A stretch of DNA of 64,000 bases from positions 43,526,001 to 43,590,000 of the forward strand of contig NW_024704743.1 in NCBI RefSeq assembly GCF_018977255.1, in the 5' to 3' direction. Under the pieces are notes generated by a model. It was not told the origin of the DNA. It did no database searches and worked only from the letters and a program-made list of their open reading frames with translations. A program made the position numbers and the translations under genes. Of the stretch, positions 38,128 through 52,109 are shown one piece after another (positions within the stretch are counted from its first letter, which is position 1; the number at the start of each line of letters is the position of its first letter). The DNA is from Callorhinchus milii (lineage: Eukaryota).

Positions 38128-38757
38128 TGAGATGTGCCCATCTCATTCCATATCTCACAACTGAAGCAGCTGAAACCTTTGTCCATGCCTTCGTCACTTC
38201 CTGGCTGGACTATTCCAATGTTCTCCTCTCTGGTCTCCTCAGCTCCACCATATACAAAATCCAATTAATTCAAAATTATGCCGCCTGGATACTCACACAC
38301 ACGAACCTCTGTACCCGCATCAAACCAGTCCTTGCCAGGCTCCACTGACTCCCAATCACCAAACGGAGGGATTTCAAGATCCTCTCACTCATTTTCAAAT
38401 CCCTTCATGCCCTCGTACCCCTCTACCTATCCGACCTGCTTAGCCTCCACTCCACCACCCGCTGCCTCCGCTCGACTGGCTCCGACCTCCTGTTTGGCCC
38501 TCGTGCCCGCCGTTCCATCATTGTTGGCCGTGCCTTCAGCCACTACGCCCCGAAACTCTGGAACTCTCTCCCTCCATCCCTCCGCCTTGTCCCCTCCCTC
38601 CCTCCCCACCTTCATATCCCGCCTTCCTTGTTGATCATGCTTACAATCACCACCCACCTCCCTCTCCGCCTGGATCATTGTCAACTTCCGCCACTGTGAA
38701 GTGCTCGGGAGGTTACCCCGCGTGAAGTGCACTATATAAATGCAAGTTGTTGTTGTA
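38128..38757 (+). mobile_element. L2 3' portion
   Basis: AAETFVHAFVTSWLDYSNVLLSGL...; (GTT)n tail. Confidence 0.85.
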
Positions 38758-41283
38758 ATGCTAGATAATATCAAGATATATTTGATCCTGCTAGGTGGAA
38801 TTTATACAGAAATGGCATTATTTAAAGGATTATTAGCAGCATGTGATAATTCAATGTATTGAGGATCATTATACTCCTTATTGAAGGGGTACTGTCTTAT
38901 CTCAATTTGAATCAAGGCAGTATCCCATGAATAAGGCCAGAGAGTCCATTTTTCACACTCACAGTTGACAACAGAGACCTTCAGGTCCAACTGAAAGACT
39001 GTATTCAGTGCTTGAGTATTATCTTTGCTAAATTCAATTCAGGATAACAGTGCCCAGGACTTTTCAGTTAAGTTTTGGGCACTACCATCATTGTGAAACT
39101 GAGGGTATTTAAAAATACATTTTAAATAAGGAACAGTTTTTCTTTTGAAATACTGCAATTTTCAACCCGAGAACGTAAAATAGAAAAGGGGACAGTGACA
39201 CAAGACCATGATGGTGAAGGGTAAGAATGGAATTCCTTAAGGTTAATAGTGAAACTTACAATGACTAACAATGCTGTAAAAAAATCAGTAGTTGTAGTGA
39301 ACACAGTGTAGGAGGCTAACATAAGCAATTGGTAGATGGTAGCAGAACCTCAAGACTGAACTATAATCTGAAGCTCTTATTTATTTGTAACAGTTAATTT
39401 GCTATTATTTGCTTTTATTATTCAGAGATCATTCCTGAGCCAGGTTGATCCACAGTATTCCAGGTCACTGCTGATGACAGCACAGCCAGGCTGGCTCATC
39501 AGCAGGAATTGGAAGGGCAGACCAGTCACTGGGGACAGGGACTCTTCCCACTCAGCTCCTGTTAACTCTGCAGGCCAAAGCCCGAATGCATAGAATGGTC
39601 CTAGCTGGATAAACAACGAGAAAGCTTGGCAGACAGTGCTATCAATGGCAAACTATGCAACTTTAGCTGATTAGAATCCAGCAGTAGCCCAATACACATT
39701 CTGGGGTCCAAGCCTTGGCTCTTGTCGACCTGCGCCTAATTATTTCCGCAATTAGGTTAGCAGGATGCATCCCTTCAGGGAGAGAGTGCACATACCATTC
39801 CAACAATCTCTCTCTGGGATTTCCATGTGTAGGTGGAATGCATGGAAATCTCAGCTTGGTTTGGATATTCTTAAACGTGGTGATCGGTTTCCGTATGTTT
39901 CAGACACACCCGGCTGATCAAAAAAAAGACGTTATCACAGAGAGGTATGTGCAATAAGAATAAATGTGATTATGATCTGTAATCTGACACTACATTACTA
40001 TGTGACAAAATCAATAGTATTGAGATACAGTATCAGCAAATAAACTTGCATGTGCATATTACTCAGCCATCTAAAATTGCATGGCTTGCAATTCAGAGCA
40101 GTGTCTTGAACACTTTCTGCTGCTTGGCCAGCTAGAACTATCCTATCTGCTGGGGCTTTGGCTTGCATTGTTAACCAGAGCTGAGTGAGAATAGTTCCTG
40201 TCCCCAAGTTACTGGTCTACCCTTCCAAGTCCTGCTGATGAGCCAGGCTGTCAGCAATGCCCTGAGTACTGCAGACCCACCTGGCTCAGGAACCAGACTA
40301 CCGAGACCACCACTGAGGATTGAGTCAATTCTGACTTATTGTCAAACATGTCACCTTGGCACCAGCTCAACTCCAATGAGACTCCACTTACCTCCCACCA
40401 AGGAGCATAGTCACTAGTTAGTCATTCAACAAACCATTGATAAATAGAAACATACATATCTCAAACCTGTATCATATATATCAGTGAAACAAGATGACAA
40501 CATGTAAAATTAATGAATAGAACCAGTTAAAGGAATGCTATAATATTAACAAAAAGTAGAACATCTTACCCTCTACACTGACATTTTCTCGAAGAATATA
40601 ATTTTTTTTGTATTAGATAATCAACAATTTCAAAGAGTAACAAATAATTCCAGCATGCTATGAAATCAGATTAAGCAGATTAACAGTCCCTTTGCCTCGC
40701 CCCCTCTCTTGCCTCCTTCAAAGCCTGCCTCAAGACACTCTTCTTCGACCATGCCATCGGTTCCCTCCTAGCCGTGCACCCCTCCAAACCCCAGCTCGAG
40801 TCCAAATCCTGACTTTCCAGGCCTTGAGACATCCTCCCAACATGAATTTGTTGTTGTTGTTGTTGTTGATTATGTGGCTTGCAAGCTAAATTTCTGAAGG
40901 CAGGTAAACCAGCAGTTTAGACAATTACTGATGTCCGTTTGAGGCTGATACATTTTTTGTCATTAACAGTTTTGAAGCTTTCAGTGAAGATCACACATTT
41001 GAACCTTTTTATGAATGTATTGATTGTAAAAACACGGTAGACTTCCAAATCTACAACATCTTGGTTATTTTTACGAGTTTTTTTAATTGATCAATTGCCG
41101 TTAACATTTCTTCTCTCCCGCTGTTATTTTTCCTTGTCTTTAATGGAGGGCTAGGAATATAAAGAACTATAAGAAACATTCTTCTAGGTTAGCTAAAAAG
41201 AACGTCAAGTAGAAATGAGTCTGAAAGACACTTAAGCCTGCCATTTAGGCTTTAAATGGGAATCCAATGTTGTGCCATAGCTA

Positions 41284-41443
41284 TAATAATAATAATCCAT
41301 GCATTTGATATAGCACGTTATGACGTTTTCAAGACGTCTCTAAGTGCTTTACAGAATATAGTGTAAAGTGACTTGACTGTATATTTTTGCGGGCGAAACA
41401 GGGCAGCCAATTGCGCACAGCAATGTCACACAAAGGATCATGA

Positions 41444-41477
<34 letters not shown>

Positions 41478-41618
41478 TGATTGAATTATTACTTCTGGAA
41501 AAGGGTCCGCCAATCGACTGAAAACCAGATTCCTACTCACTGATAGTTAAACAGAGTCATGCAGAGTAAGGAAACTTGCCCAACGTTTCGCCCAACCAGG
41601 AATCGAACCCAAGTCTCC
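41284..41618 (-). mobile_element. tRNA-derived SINE, long form, with internal (ATTG)n microsatellite
   Basis: Reverse complement of the long form; (ATTG)n at ~41444-41482. Confidence 0.85.
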
Positions 41619-43104
41619 ATCACTGATATTGTTATGCACAAATTAGCTGCAGTGTTTGCCCACAAAAAATGTCACTACACTTTAAAGAATATCCTGTGAC
41701 ATACCTTTGGGATAACCTCCTGACATGAAAGGAGCTATCCAGATGTAAGGATTATTATTTGGATTGTTATTACCAAGAGACCAATTCATATTGTTTTCAA
41801 ATCTCCAATTCCTGCGATGTATGCTTAAAGAAATATCTACCTGATTAGATAACATTGCACCTATAAATATTATATTGCGTAACAGCCAATAAAAAAATAC
41901 AGAATTATACCGAAATAGTTCAAGTTTGAACATAAGAAAAACAACAGATAAGCAAAGCTCCATCAAACCTCATCCCTCCATTGCCCTATTTTACCAAGTA
42001 TAGAATTCTACTTAATTTTGATCAACCCAAACATTTTTGCCTCTAATCTATGTGGAATGTTGTTCTAAATACCTAACACAGGCTGAGGTCTGTCCCACAC
42101 TGATTGATAAATGAGTGTTTCGTTTTCATTGTCTGTTTTTGATGGGATTTCCCATTGTTTTCTTATTCCATCAAAGTGCATTCTATTTACCAGCATGTGG
42201 AAGAGAATCACTCTCCCAACCATGGTCTGATCAATGTATTTAATGTATTCAGAGACTTGTATTCTGCTGTTCTAGTTAAATGTGACGGTTTTCTTTTTTC
42301 TTGTTGAATTAATTTTCCTATCTTTTGTCTATCTTATGCTGACTGCCAAAAATGAACATAAGAGAAACAAAAGCCCCGTCAAAGTTCTCATGTCCCACAT
42401 GAAATAAATACATAGAAATTTGTGAAAATAAATGTTAGTAAAAACACCTTTGCTCAAAGATTTGTTGAATATGCCCGGTAAGGTTAAACAATCAAGAACT
42501 CTTGAATTTATTCAAACTGCAGTGAGGTGCTATACTGGGAAATGTACTATATTTGGGGCTGAGTTTAGTAGGATATATAGTCCTTTCCCATCCCTGAAGT
42601 TTCTTATATTCTCAGAATAGGAGGAAAAACACATGACAAACACTTACCTGTTGCTATTTGAAAGAAATGAGGAGGCTAACAATCACTCCTCATCCAAATT
42701 CACCCTAAATTCAAACTACTCATCTGAATATTGTTTGCAGGACATCACTGGTGCAAATTAACTACTGTGTTTGCCTCCATAAAAACATTTACATAAACGC
42801 TGGCAGAATGCACGGCTTGTCATTTACACATTAAGAATTTTAAGTGCCATCAAGGTAGAAAACATTCTTCTTAAAAAATAGGCGTGAGCCTTGGATAGTG
42901 CTGACAGGATACTGATTATACTCCACTGAAAACTGAAGACAGTTCAGAATAGAAAACATTTGAAGGATTTTAAACAAGAGGCAGGCTGACTGACACATTC
43001 AATTCCCACAACTACCAAGAAAAAAATAATAAAAAAAATTGCCAAGCCTAAGTAATAAGAGACAAGAGGCAGACAAAATCAAAAGAACAAAAATATCTCT
43101 TAAC

Positions 43105-43267
43105 CTGCTTTCTCAGAGCTGGCAGTGATGGTGGTGGTTGTGATGGATGTGAAGGTGGTCTTTACGCTGTCCTTGGGAGTAACAGTTTTCTGCTTATTTT
43201 TCATGGCCTCCAGTGCTTTGAGCTTCTTGGCATGTTTAGTGCCTTTGTAGTGTGCCCCGGCTTGGCT
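43105..43267 (-). CDS. ZNF385D: ZNF385D-like coding exon (163 bp), end of zinc finger 1 plus linker; most 5' exon found in the window
   Basis: Not in the ORF track. Manual translation gives SQAGAHYKGTKHAKKLKALEAMKNKQKTVTPKDSVKTTFTSITTTTITASSEKA, matching the ZNF385D sequence as recalled. Acceptor tttgtag|AGC, donor GCAG|gttaag; phase 0 to phase 1. Confidence 0.93.
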
Positions 43268-44324
43268 CTACAAAGGAGAACAAATGAACCATGCAATCAG
43301 GCTCATTTCTTAACTGTCATCCTCTGTATTGGTAAAAATACAGAACATCTTTCAATAACGGGCACCACAATCCATGGCGGCTGGAAAGTCCACTAGTTAC
43401 TTTGGAAGCAAGAGTGTACTGAGGAGCAAGGCAACTCACCCACATTGGTTTATCAACAACAGGTGCCCCTTATTGAAAGAACTTTTTAGACAGTGTTAGT
43501 GTTCATCAGAAAAAAAGAAAAAAAACACACACAGGACAAAAGCACATGCATGTTACTGATACTGAAAATTAAATGACATGAAACATCACAAAGACACTGA
43601 CAGGTAGCATTGTAAATTATAAAACGTTTAAGATTTTAAAGTACAGTGGTTAATTTGTGTTAAACTTCACATAAAGATCGTGGTAAACTACAGTAAATTA
43701 CTCTGTCTATTCCACAAGTGTACAAATTCTGATAATCTACTAGTGAGTCACTGGATGAGATTTGGTTTTAGGACTGGAATAAACTGAATATTACATTGTT
43801 CCCAGCTGTGTATTCCATTTATACCATAGAAATGGGGATACATTTGCTTTAAATAAAATGGTCTATGTCTTAGTTTTGATGAGGAATATTGGAACTCTGT
43901 AACTGCTAACCCAATGCACTTTCATTCCTATTGTGTTGTGTAAGTTCTTTCATTACCTGTCTCCAATAAAATCAGCTGTAAATATAATTTTGTCTCACTC
44001 AGATTTAGCTCCATGGTTTCATGGAAAAATGAAAAGTGGATTCATGAAATAATTCATATATTGGTGAACGTGGAAACAAAAGCTGTGTTTGGTACCCTAA
44101 ATAGCAGGCTGCAAGTGTGGTATCGTTGCCAAAACAGATGAATACAGTCAATTTAGGGCAAAGGCAGCAGAAGTAGAAATAATTCAACTTGAGATGTTAC
44201 AGGAAATAATCACTTAATGTTATAGAAAACATCTCAATAGCTTGGATATAAACCATAATAAGTATTATTTGTATATTATGGAGTCCTGTTGAAACACACT
44301 TAAAATAGTTAAAGCTATATTAAA

Positions 44325-44780
44325 CTAAATAATAATAATAATCCTTGAATTTGATACGCCTTTCACGTCGTCGACATGTCTCAAAACACTCCACAGAGTG
44401 TACTGTAGAGTGGTTTGACTGTGTATTTTGTGGGCGAAACTCAGCAACACATTTATGCACAGCAGTGTCCTACAAACCGCCATGGAGTGAGTGATCAATT
44501 TTATTTGGGGGATTCGTTGGCTAGGACACCAGGCGAAACTCCCTTCTCTTTTTGAATAATTCCATGGGATCTTTAAAGTCAACCTGAACAGGCAAACAGA
44601 ACCTCAGTTTAACATCTCATCTGAAGGACGGCACCTGCGACATTGCAACACCCCCCCCAAGTGCTGAATTGGAGTGTCAATGTGATTCGACAATGTGATT
44701 CCAAGTCCTGAAGTGGGGCTTGAACCCACAACCTTGTGACTCAGAGGTGAGAGTGCTAACACTGCACCAGGCTGACACAT
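44325..44780 (-). mobile_element. Older DeuSINE/SacSINE1-like element, near full length
   Basis: Head ...cttgaacccacaaccttgtgactcagaggtgagagtgcta, body and (TAA)n tail. Confidence 0.75.
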
Positions 44781-45089
44781 ATATGAAAGTTATTCATGTC
44801 CAGTGACAATACATGTTATATCAATGGCACCAAGAGACATCTAGGTAAATAAATCATGTATCTTCCTATGTATTGTCATAAAAAAAAGTTACAAGTCAGA
44901 ACTTTTTATTGAAAAAGGGAGTAATGTCCATCATTCTAGGCAAGATATTACTGCATTCTGTGAATTGCAGAGTGTAAAAAAAGAAGAGGAGGGGTGTGAA
45001 ATATTGCATAACATTGTGTAAATTCCACCCCCTCCCACCCTGCCTCCACACATACACACCTCTCCCACCACACCCCCCACTCCACATAG

Positions 45090-45268
45090 CTTAGATTGGT
45101 TTGGATGATGAAAGTCCTTCAGTCCATCTGATCTCATCTTTTCAGAATACTCACCCTACTGTCCCCCAATCACAGCATCAAACTGCTTTTTAAATGAATC
45201 CAATGTCCTGGCCTCAACCGCCTTTCCCGACAACTTGTTCCAGTCATTGATTACCCTCTGAGTAAAAG
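45090..45268 (-). mobile_element. CR1 3' fragment
   Basis: Collinear with 54975-55340 (ctgctttttaaatgaatcca...cagtcatt). Confidence 0.6.
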
Positions 45269-47906
45269 TCTGTACATCTTTTATAAATCACATATAATGT
45301 CAGAACGTTTCCATGATGTGTTATTCTTAAGATACAGAAGGTAATTTCACCGTGTTTTTAAAATGTTGCAAGAATTTGGTTGTAATTCAATTAAATTTAT
45401 GGAAAGCTTCCTCGATAGTTAATTATTGTTAGAGTTTATCAAGCTGACTCCCAGTTGTAACAAGGAATTAAATGAAAATGAAGGGTGCACAGGTTTTGAT
45501 GTATAAATCTGATTTGGAGTGCCCACTTTAATACAAACTATATTACTGTACTTTAATACAAATCAAGTAAACAATCAAATTCTGCTGAGTAAATCACTGG
45601 ACAATGTAATTGATTTGATGAAATAAAATCTGAAAGACTATTATTCTGACGTTTGGATTTGACAGCTACCCCTCTTACAAGCTTTCAATGTTTTGTAACT
45701 TTTATAGGATCTCACCTTTTCTTCTGAAAGTTTCTTGCAAGTTCTTAAGTTGCGAGTGTGGTGTTGGGAATGCTATAAAATACAAAAAAGTGTTCAGCAA
45801 ACTTCTCATCTGTTCGCTCTACATGAAGGATGCTGTATAAATACAAGTTGTTGTTTATAAATGCTATAAATCATAATGCAATTGACCATTGTATCACGTG
45901 TTTGGGATGTAATTGCAATAAAAATGACAGATTGTTGTTCTGATCATTCTCCCTTTCCAGGCAATCATTAGTCTGCCAAAGAGATTTTCACAAAGCCAGT
46001 ATATCTATGTCACATCCTTTTATACTCTTGAGTGTACTTGTTCATCTGTAGCACTGAGAAATCACTTTACATGAATATTAATAGCAAAGTGGGAATAACA
46101 CATTACTTTATATGCTGGGAATATAAATCTATTCCTACATACTGTAGCTGGGTGAATAATGTACAGTGATCCTACCTCCTTGCAAACACATTACTTGTGT
46201 AGATGGACTAATGATGAACAATTAGTACAAGACTTTTACTCGAAGGACAAATGTTATTTTCTACTGGATCAAAGCCAAGGAAAGAGTTATATTGACTACA
46301 ACCCAAATTGACTATGTTTACATGAGATTCCTGTTGCATAGACACTAGAATAACTAACATTAAATACATACTTGTATACAAATGTAATGTAGTATTCTCG
46401 GAAAGTGGGTGAGGAATGGAGTATGTGATGTAACATGTATTACTGGTGACATTTATCACATCACTTATCTCATGTTCCCCTATGTGTGCACTAAAGTAAT
46501 TTTATTGACAGACTTGTTATCTGAGATCATCAAAATATAATAATAGCCACTTTATATGTATAACCAGACAATGAATGTTATCGACACTTATTGTCATAAA
46601 ATTATTTCCAAATGTTAAAATTCAGTCGTTCATTTTAGGTTTGCTATTTTGATAAAACTCCTACACAGCACTGTATGTCATTGTATACAAGTGTAATGTT
46701 ACTCTTACTTTACATATGCATCTTAATGTGTTATCTTCTATACATAGCTATACATTAAAATGTTACATGCCTACTCAGTAATGTTTACTTTCAATTTTTT
46801 AAAAAAAAATTGATTCATATTACAATTATAATATATTACAATTAACCTAATTAAACACAATTAATCTGAATATTACACATACAGGTTGGTCTTATATGCT
46901 GAAATGTGAGCTAATATTTTAAAAGAGACAACGGCAGATAGAAATATTAACCAAAATTCACGCAGAACCAAATGTAAGTTCTTAAATGAACAATTATATA
47001 TCCTTTATGAGCCTGACAACAATGTAGAACAACGTTTAGAACAGGCAGGGTATTGTCTACAGAACGGTAAAGCATGGATTGTTATTTTAATATTTTTTAG
47101 TAATTTAATAATGTTTTGGGATTGACTCCAAGTCACTGGTAGAAAAGTAGAAACAACTGCACTTGTGAATATGCATTTGTTCCGAGGGGATCTGATGTAC
47201 TCTCATTGCTAAAAATAGTGATATTTTTCAGGCTTTGGGAAAATATGCCAAAATTGGCCTAATGGGTTGGCTGACTGCAAGCACACTCTTTATCATGCTG
47301 CCCTAGGAGTTCTTTCCTCTGGAGATACAATGTAGACTCCAATCGATGGTCACCGTCCCTGGAGACAACATCATTGTCACATTGGTATTGGTGGTGAAGG
47401 TAATGATTTAACATGCAGGACACTTGCCAACTGATTCTGATATAATTGTTTCATAAAGCATCTCAGCCTGCTGGATGGAAACACTGTAAACCAGTGTCCA
47501 GCATGAGAAGAATTTATTTTGATGCAAAATTACCTTGGAGTGTGGATACAGAAATGTTTGCGTTTTAATTACCAAAAGGACTAACAACGTGCAGTCCATC
47601 TCATACTTGGTCAGAAATTTAGAGCAACAGAGGAACCTTTGTTGATTGGTTAAAGCTTTATTTCAACTCTACATGAAATAAGTATTCTGAATTTTACATC
47701 CTTCTATATTGTACAGGATATAAATTCCTATCTGTTGCAGTCAAGCAACAAACACATAGAGGAATTTATTTTAGAAATAGAACCAAAACTGCATATGCTT
47801 GAAACCTGAAATAAATCTCTCCTACCCCCAAATAATAATAAGAATTCTTGTGTGTGATATAGCGCCTTATCACGTCTTTGAGATGTCTCAAAGAGCTTCA
47901 CAGAAT

Positions 47907-48382
47907 ATAGAATCATAGAATCATAGAATATTACGGCACAGGAGGAGGCCATTCGGCCCATCGAGTCTGTGCCAGCTCTTTGACAGAGCAACTGACTTTT
48001 ATTAACCCCACTCACCAGCTTTCTCCCCATAACCCTGCAAACCTGTCTTCTCCAGATACCTATCCAGTTCTCTCTTAAAAGCTGTTATCGAATCGGACTT
48101 CGCTACCCTTTCTGGCAGATCATTACAAATTCTAACAACTCGCTGAGTGAAAAAAATTTCTTCTAACCTCCCTTCTGCTTCTTTTGGTAGATATCTTAAG
48201 ACTGTGACCACGAGTCACAGACACACCTACCAGCGGAAACAGCTTTTCCTTATCTAGCCTGTCGAAACCTTTCATGATCTTGAAGACCTCTATCAGGTCC
48301 CCGCGTAACCTTCTCTGCTCTAATGGGAAAAGTCCTAACTTCTCCAGCCTGTCCTCATAGCTAAGCTTCCCCATTCCTGGTA
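47907..48382 (-). mobile_element. 5'-truncated CR1 LINE nested in a SINE tail
   Basis: LSYEDRLEKLGLFPLEQRRLRGDLIEVFKIMKGFD; (ATTCTATG)n octamer tail, a CR1 hallmark. Confidence 0.92.
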
Positions 48383-48512
48383 TAAATACACCATAAAGTG
48401 TATATACCGTAAAGTGAATTGACTATATTTTGTAGATGAAATGATGGAAATTCACAATAAATCGCTCAGCAGCTGAATGAAAAGAAGCTATCATTTCAGT
48501 TTTGACCTATTC

Positions 48513-49315
48513 ATAACAACAACAACACAAGTTGTACTTATATAGCGCCCTCCACCCAGGGTAGCATCTCAGAGCGCTTAACAGTGGCGGAGCCTGACTC
48601 CAAGCTGGGGGGAAGGAGAGGTGGCCGTAAGCACGATCGAAGAGGAAAGTTTTCAGGCGGGACTTGAAAGAGGGGAGAGGGTGGGCAAGCAGAGGGATTG
48701 AGGGAGAGTGATCCAGAGTTTTGGTGCGTGCGTGGCTGAAAGAACGACCTCCGATGGTGGGATGGAGTGTGCGAGGGACAAGCAGGAGGCCGGTGCCAGT
48801 CGAGTGGAGGCGCCAGGTGGTGGATTGGGGAGTGAGGAGGACGGCAAGGTAGGAAGGTGCCAGAGAGTGAATGGATTTGAACATTAGAGTGTGGATCTTG
48901 TAGTTCGGTGATGGGGAGCCTGGCCAGAACTGGTGAGATGTGGGTCTGGAGTTTGGTCCGGGTCAGTATGTGGGAGGCAGAGTTTTGAATGAGCTGGATC
49001 TTGTGAATGGTGGAGCTGGGGAGACCAGAGTAGAGTGCATTGGAGTTATCCAAGCAGGAAGTGACAAACGCATACACGAGGGTTTCGGCTGCACTGGAAT
49101 AAGGTACGGTTGGAGACGGGCAATGTAGCAGAGGTGGAAGAAGGAGGTCCTGGTCAGGGACCGGATGTGGGGGAGGAAGGACAGCTGGGAGTTCAAACCA
49201 GAGGCCGAAGTTGCGCACTGGTTCGATGAGTCTGAGGGAAAACCCAGGGAGGTTAAGGAGTTTAGATCCGCAGGCGTGAAGATGTTGACGGGAGGCAAGG
49301 AGTATGGCTTCCATA
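48513..49315 (-). mobile_element. L2 3' portion
   Basis: AAETLVYAFVTSCLDNSNAL...; FKSIHSLAPSYL; (AAC)n tail on the plus strand. Confidence 0.88.
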
Positions 49316-49364
49316 TTAGGTCACGGATCTGGGGGCGAAGGATTTGCAGCCTTTTCTGATACTA

Positions 49365-49925
49365 GTATTCGTCACTTCCCGCCTCAACTTTTCAAATGCC
49401 CTCTTCGCTGGTCTCCCCAGCTACAGAAAATCCAGCGAATCCAAAACTCTGCTGCGCGGATACTCACCCACACTAAACGCCGTACGCCCATCACACCATT
49501 TCTAACCAAGCTTAACTGGCTCCCAATCACTGAACGGATCAATTTCAAGATCCTTACCCTCGGTTTCAAATTCCTTCATGTCCTGGCACCTCCCTGTCTC
49601 TCTGACCTGCTCACCCCCCAACCCACAACTGGCTGCCTCTGCTTGACTGGCTCCGGCCTCCTGCATGTCCCTCGTGCCCTCTATTCCACCATTGTTGCCG
49701 CATTTTCAGCCACTTTGCCCTGAAACTCTGGAACATTCTTCCTCTATCCCTCCACCTTGTTCCCTCCCTCCCCATTTTCAGGTCACGCCTGAAGACCTTC
49801 CACTTCGACCGTGCTTGCGGTCACCTCGCCCACCGGCTCAGTGTTGTGCTCTTCCACTGTCAAGCTCTCTGGGACGCTACCCTCTGAGAGGGGCGTTATA
49901 TAAATACAAGTTGTTGTCGTTGTTT
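49365..49925 (+). mobile_element. L2 3' portion
   Basis: LQKIQRIQNSAARILT...TPITPFLTKLNWLPITERINFKIL. Confidence 0.88.
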
Positions 49926-51574
49926 ATAAAGGCTTTTTTACTAGTTTTTAATATTACACACCAAACTACATGTAAACCAAGGCACATATATTTTTTGTCG
50001 ATTAATCATTGTGTGATTTTTTTTGTCTGAAATTAATTGCTGAAATTTAGTGAAGAGAAACACGTGTTTTAACTCACCATTTTCACCGTCTTGTCAATTA
50101 AAACTCGCACACAAGTGACCAAGTGACCGATGGCGAGGGAGTGGCCGGAAAACAAGTGGCCGGTCTAATGGGAGCAGTGGAGAGAGCAGGGATTGTCCAA
50201 TAGGAGCCTTGAAATAGGTGGGCACCATTCAATAGCAGCGCAACAGAGATCTGAAACTGTCCATGGGAGCGGGCTCAGGCCCTCAAGTTTTGTTGGTGTC
50301 CAGGTCAGGTTCTGTTGGTGGTGGGGAGGCACATTCTGTGAGCTTGGGGAGGCTTAACCACCCCCCACCTCCCCTCCACCCAGTCCTAATCAACTCCATC
50401 TATGGGGTTCAGGAAAAAAAATAGAACAACAACTTGTATTTATATAGCACCCTTCACATGGGGTGATTAACACTGGCAGAACCTAACATGGAGCCAGTGG
50501 GGAGAGAAGATGTGACATGGTCGAAGAGGAAGGTGTGAAAAGCGCTATATCAAATGCAAGGATTATTATGATTATTATTATTATTATAAGCTACTGTCTA
50601 TCAAAGCTATGTTTAATATTTTAAATACAACAACAACTTGCATTTATATAGCGCCCTTCACACGGGAAGCATCTCAGCATACTTGTCTCAAATCATATTC
50701 GAGATAATTCCAATTCATTATTTTATTAAAATGATTGTTTTAAGGGGAGGCATTTACTGTAGGCAATTGACACGTGTCAACATGCGGCTTCATGTTAATA
50801 AACAATCATAATAATAGTATTGATATAGCACCTTATCACGTTGGAAGGACGTGGAAACAAATTCAACTTTAAACTCCTCCCAGAGCTATACTTGCAAGCA
50901 TTGGGAGAGGTCACAGTGTAAGGGCAGATACAAAATAGAGAAAGCAGATTGCAAATGTGAGAAAAAGAGTGGTGCAGGCAAGGGGCTGAGAAGCACTTAT
51001 GTACGATTTGAAAATAATTTGTTTTCAAATTTCTGTGGCAACATCTGCTTGATTATCTCAGCTATGGCTGGCTGAATAATTAAATGCTGTGCCAAAGGCT
51101 GGTGCGCAGAAGTTTTGAACACAGCTGATGTTTACCATTAGTTGCTAGCATCTGTGTTTTAATGAATTCTTTGAATTCAAGATAATGGAATATCTATTTG
51201 GAAGAATTCTTTTTATCTTGGGCTAAGGTAACCCGTGTGAATCAATTATCTATGATCCCTACTGAGCAATTGCTGGCTTCATAAATAAATTGTGTAAGTG
51301 TATAGGGGGAAGAGCTCTCTTATTCAAAGAGTAAACATATGGAAAATATTACTTTGTTTTTTTTCTAAATAATTCCTGATATCTCTTTCAGAGGAATAGT
51401 GGCCTAGGCGTGGGAAGATTTGTTTTTTGCAATGATATAATATTAAATTATTACCAATGAACAGTCGTGTTGAAAATAAATTTTGTTGTGAAAATGTCCT
51501 TTTGCCACTTGTGTACCATATGATTGTGCCATCCTCCATCCCCTGAATAGCGATGGTTCTTAGTTAATAATAAA

Positions 51575-51891
51575 TAATAATAATAATAATCCTTGCATTT
51601 GATATAGCGCTTTTCACGTCGGGAGGACGTCCCAAAGCGCTTCACAGAACACACTGTAAAGTGAATTGACTGTATATTTGTGGGCGAACGCGGCAGCCAA
51701 TTGCGCACAGCAATGTCCCACAAACAGTCGTAGATTGAAAATGACCAATTTATTATTGTTTTTAGTTTTGGAGGGATTATTATTAGGTGTGTGGAGTAAG
51801 GAAACTTGCCCAAGGTTTCGCCCTGCCTGGAATTGAACTCAGGTCTCTCGCTTGCAAAGCGAGTGCTCTAACCACTGAGCTACAGGACTCC
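51575..51891 (-). mobile_element. tRNA-derived SINE, short form, young full-length copy
   Basis: Intact A/B boxes, CpGs retained, (ATT)n tail; nearly identical to 63056-63373. Confidence 0.93.
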
Positions 51892-52109
51892 ATTATTTAA
51901 CAATGATGATCTCCGCCCTTTAGTTGAGACATTAAACTGAGGTCCCAGTGTACTGGCCCAAAACCCTCCAAATAAAAAAATTGGTCATTCACTTCAAGCT
52001 GTTTGTGCGATATTGCTGTATGCACATTGGCTGCTCATTCACCTATAAGATACACAATAATTCCACTTTACAGTATATCCCATACCATGCTTTGAGATGC
52101 CCTCCTGAC

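Noticed and set aside
51815..51891. tRNA-Ala(TGC)-like cloverleaf (also at 63056 and others)
   Set aside because: It is the head of a multi-copy SINE, runs directly into the SINE body, and has imperfect T and acceptor stems; not called as a tRNA gene.
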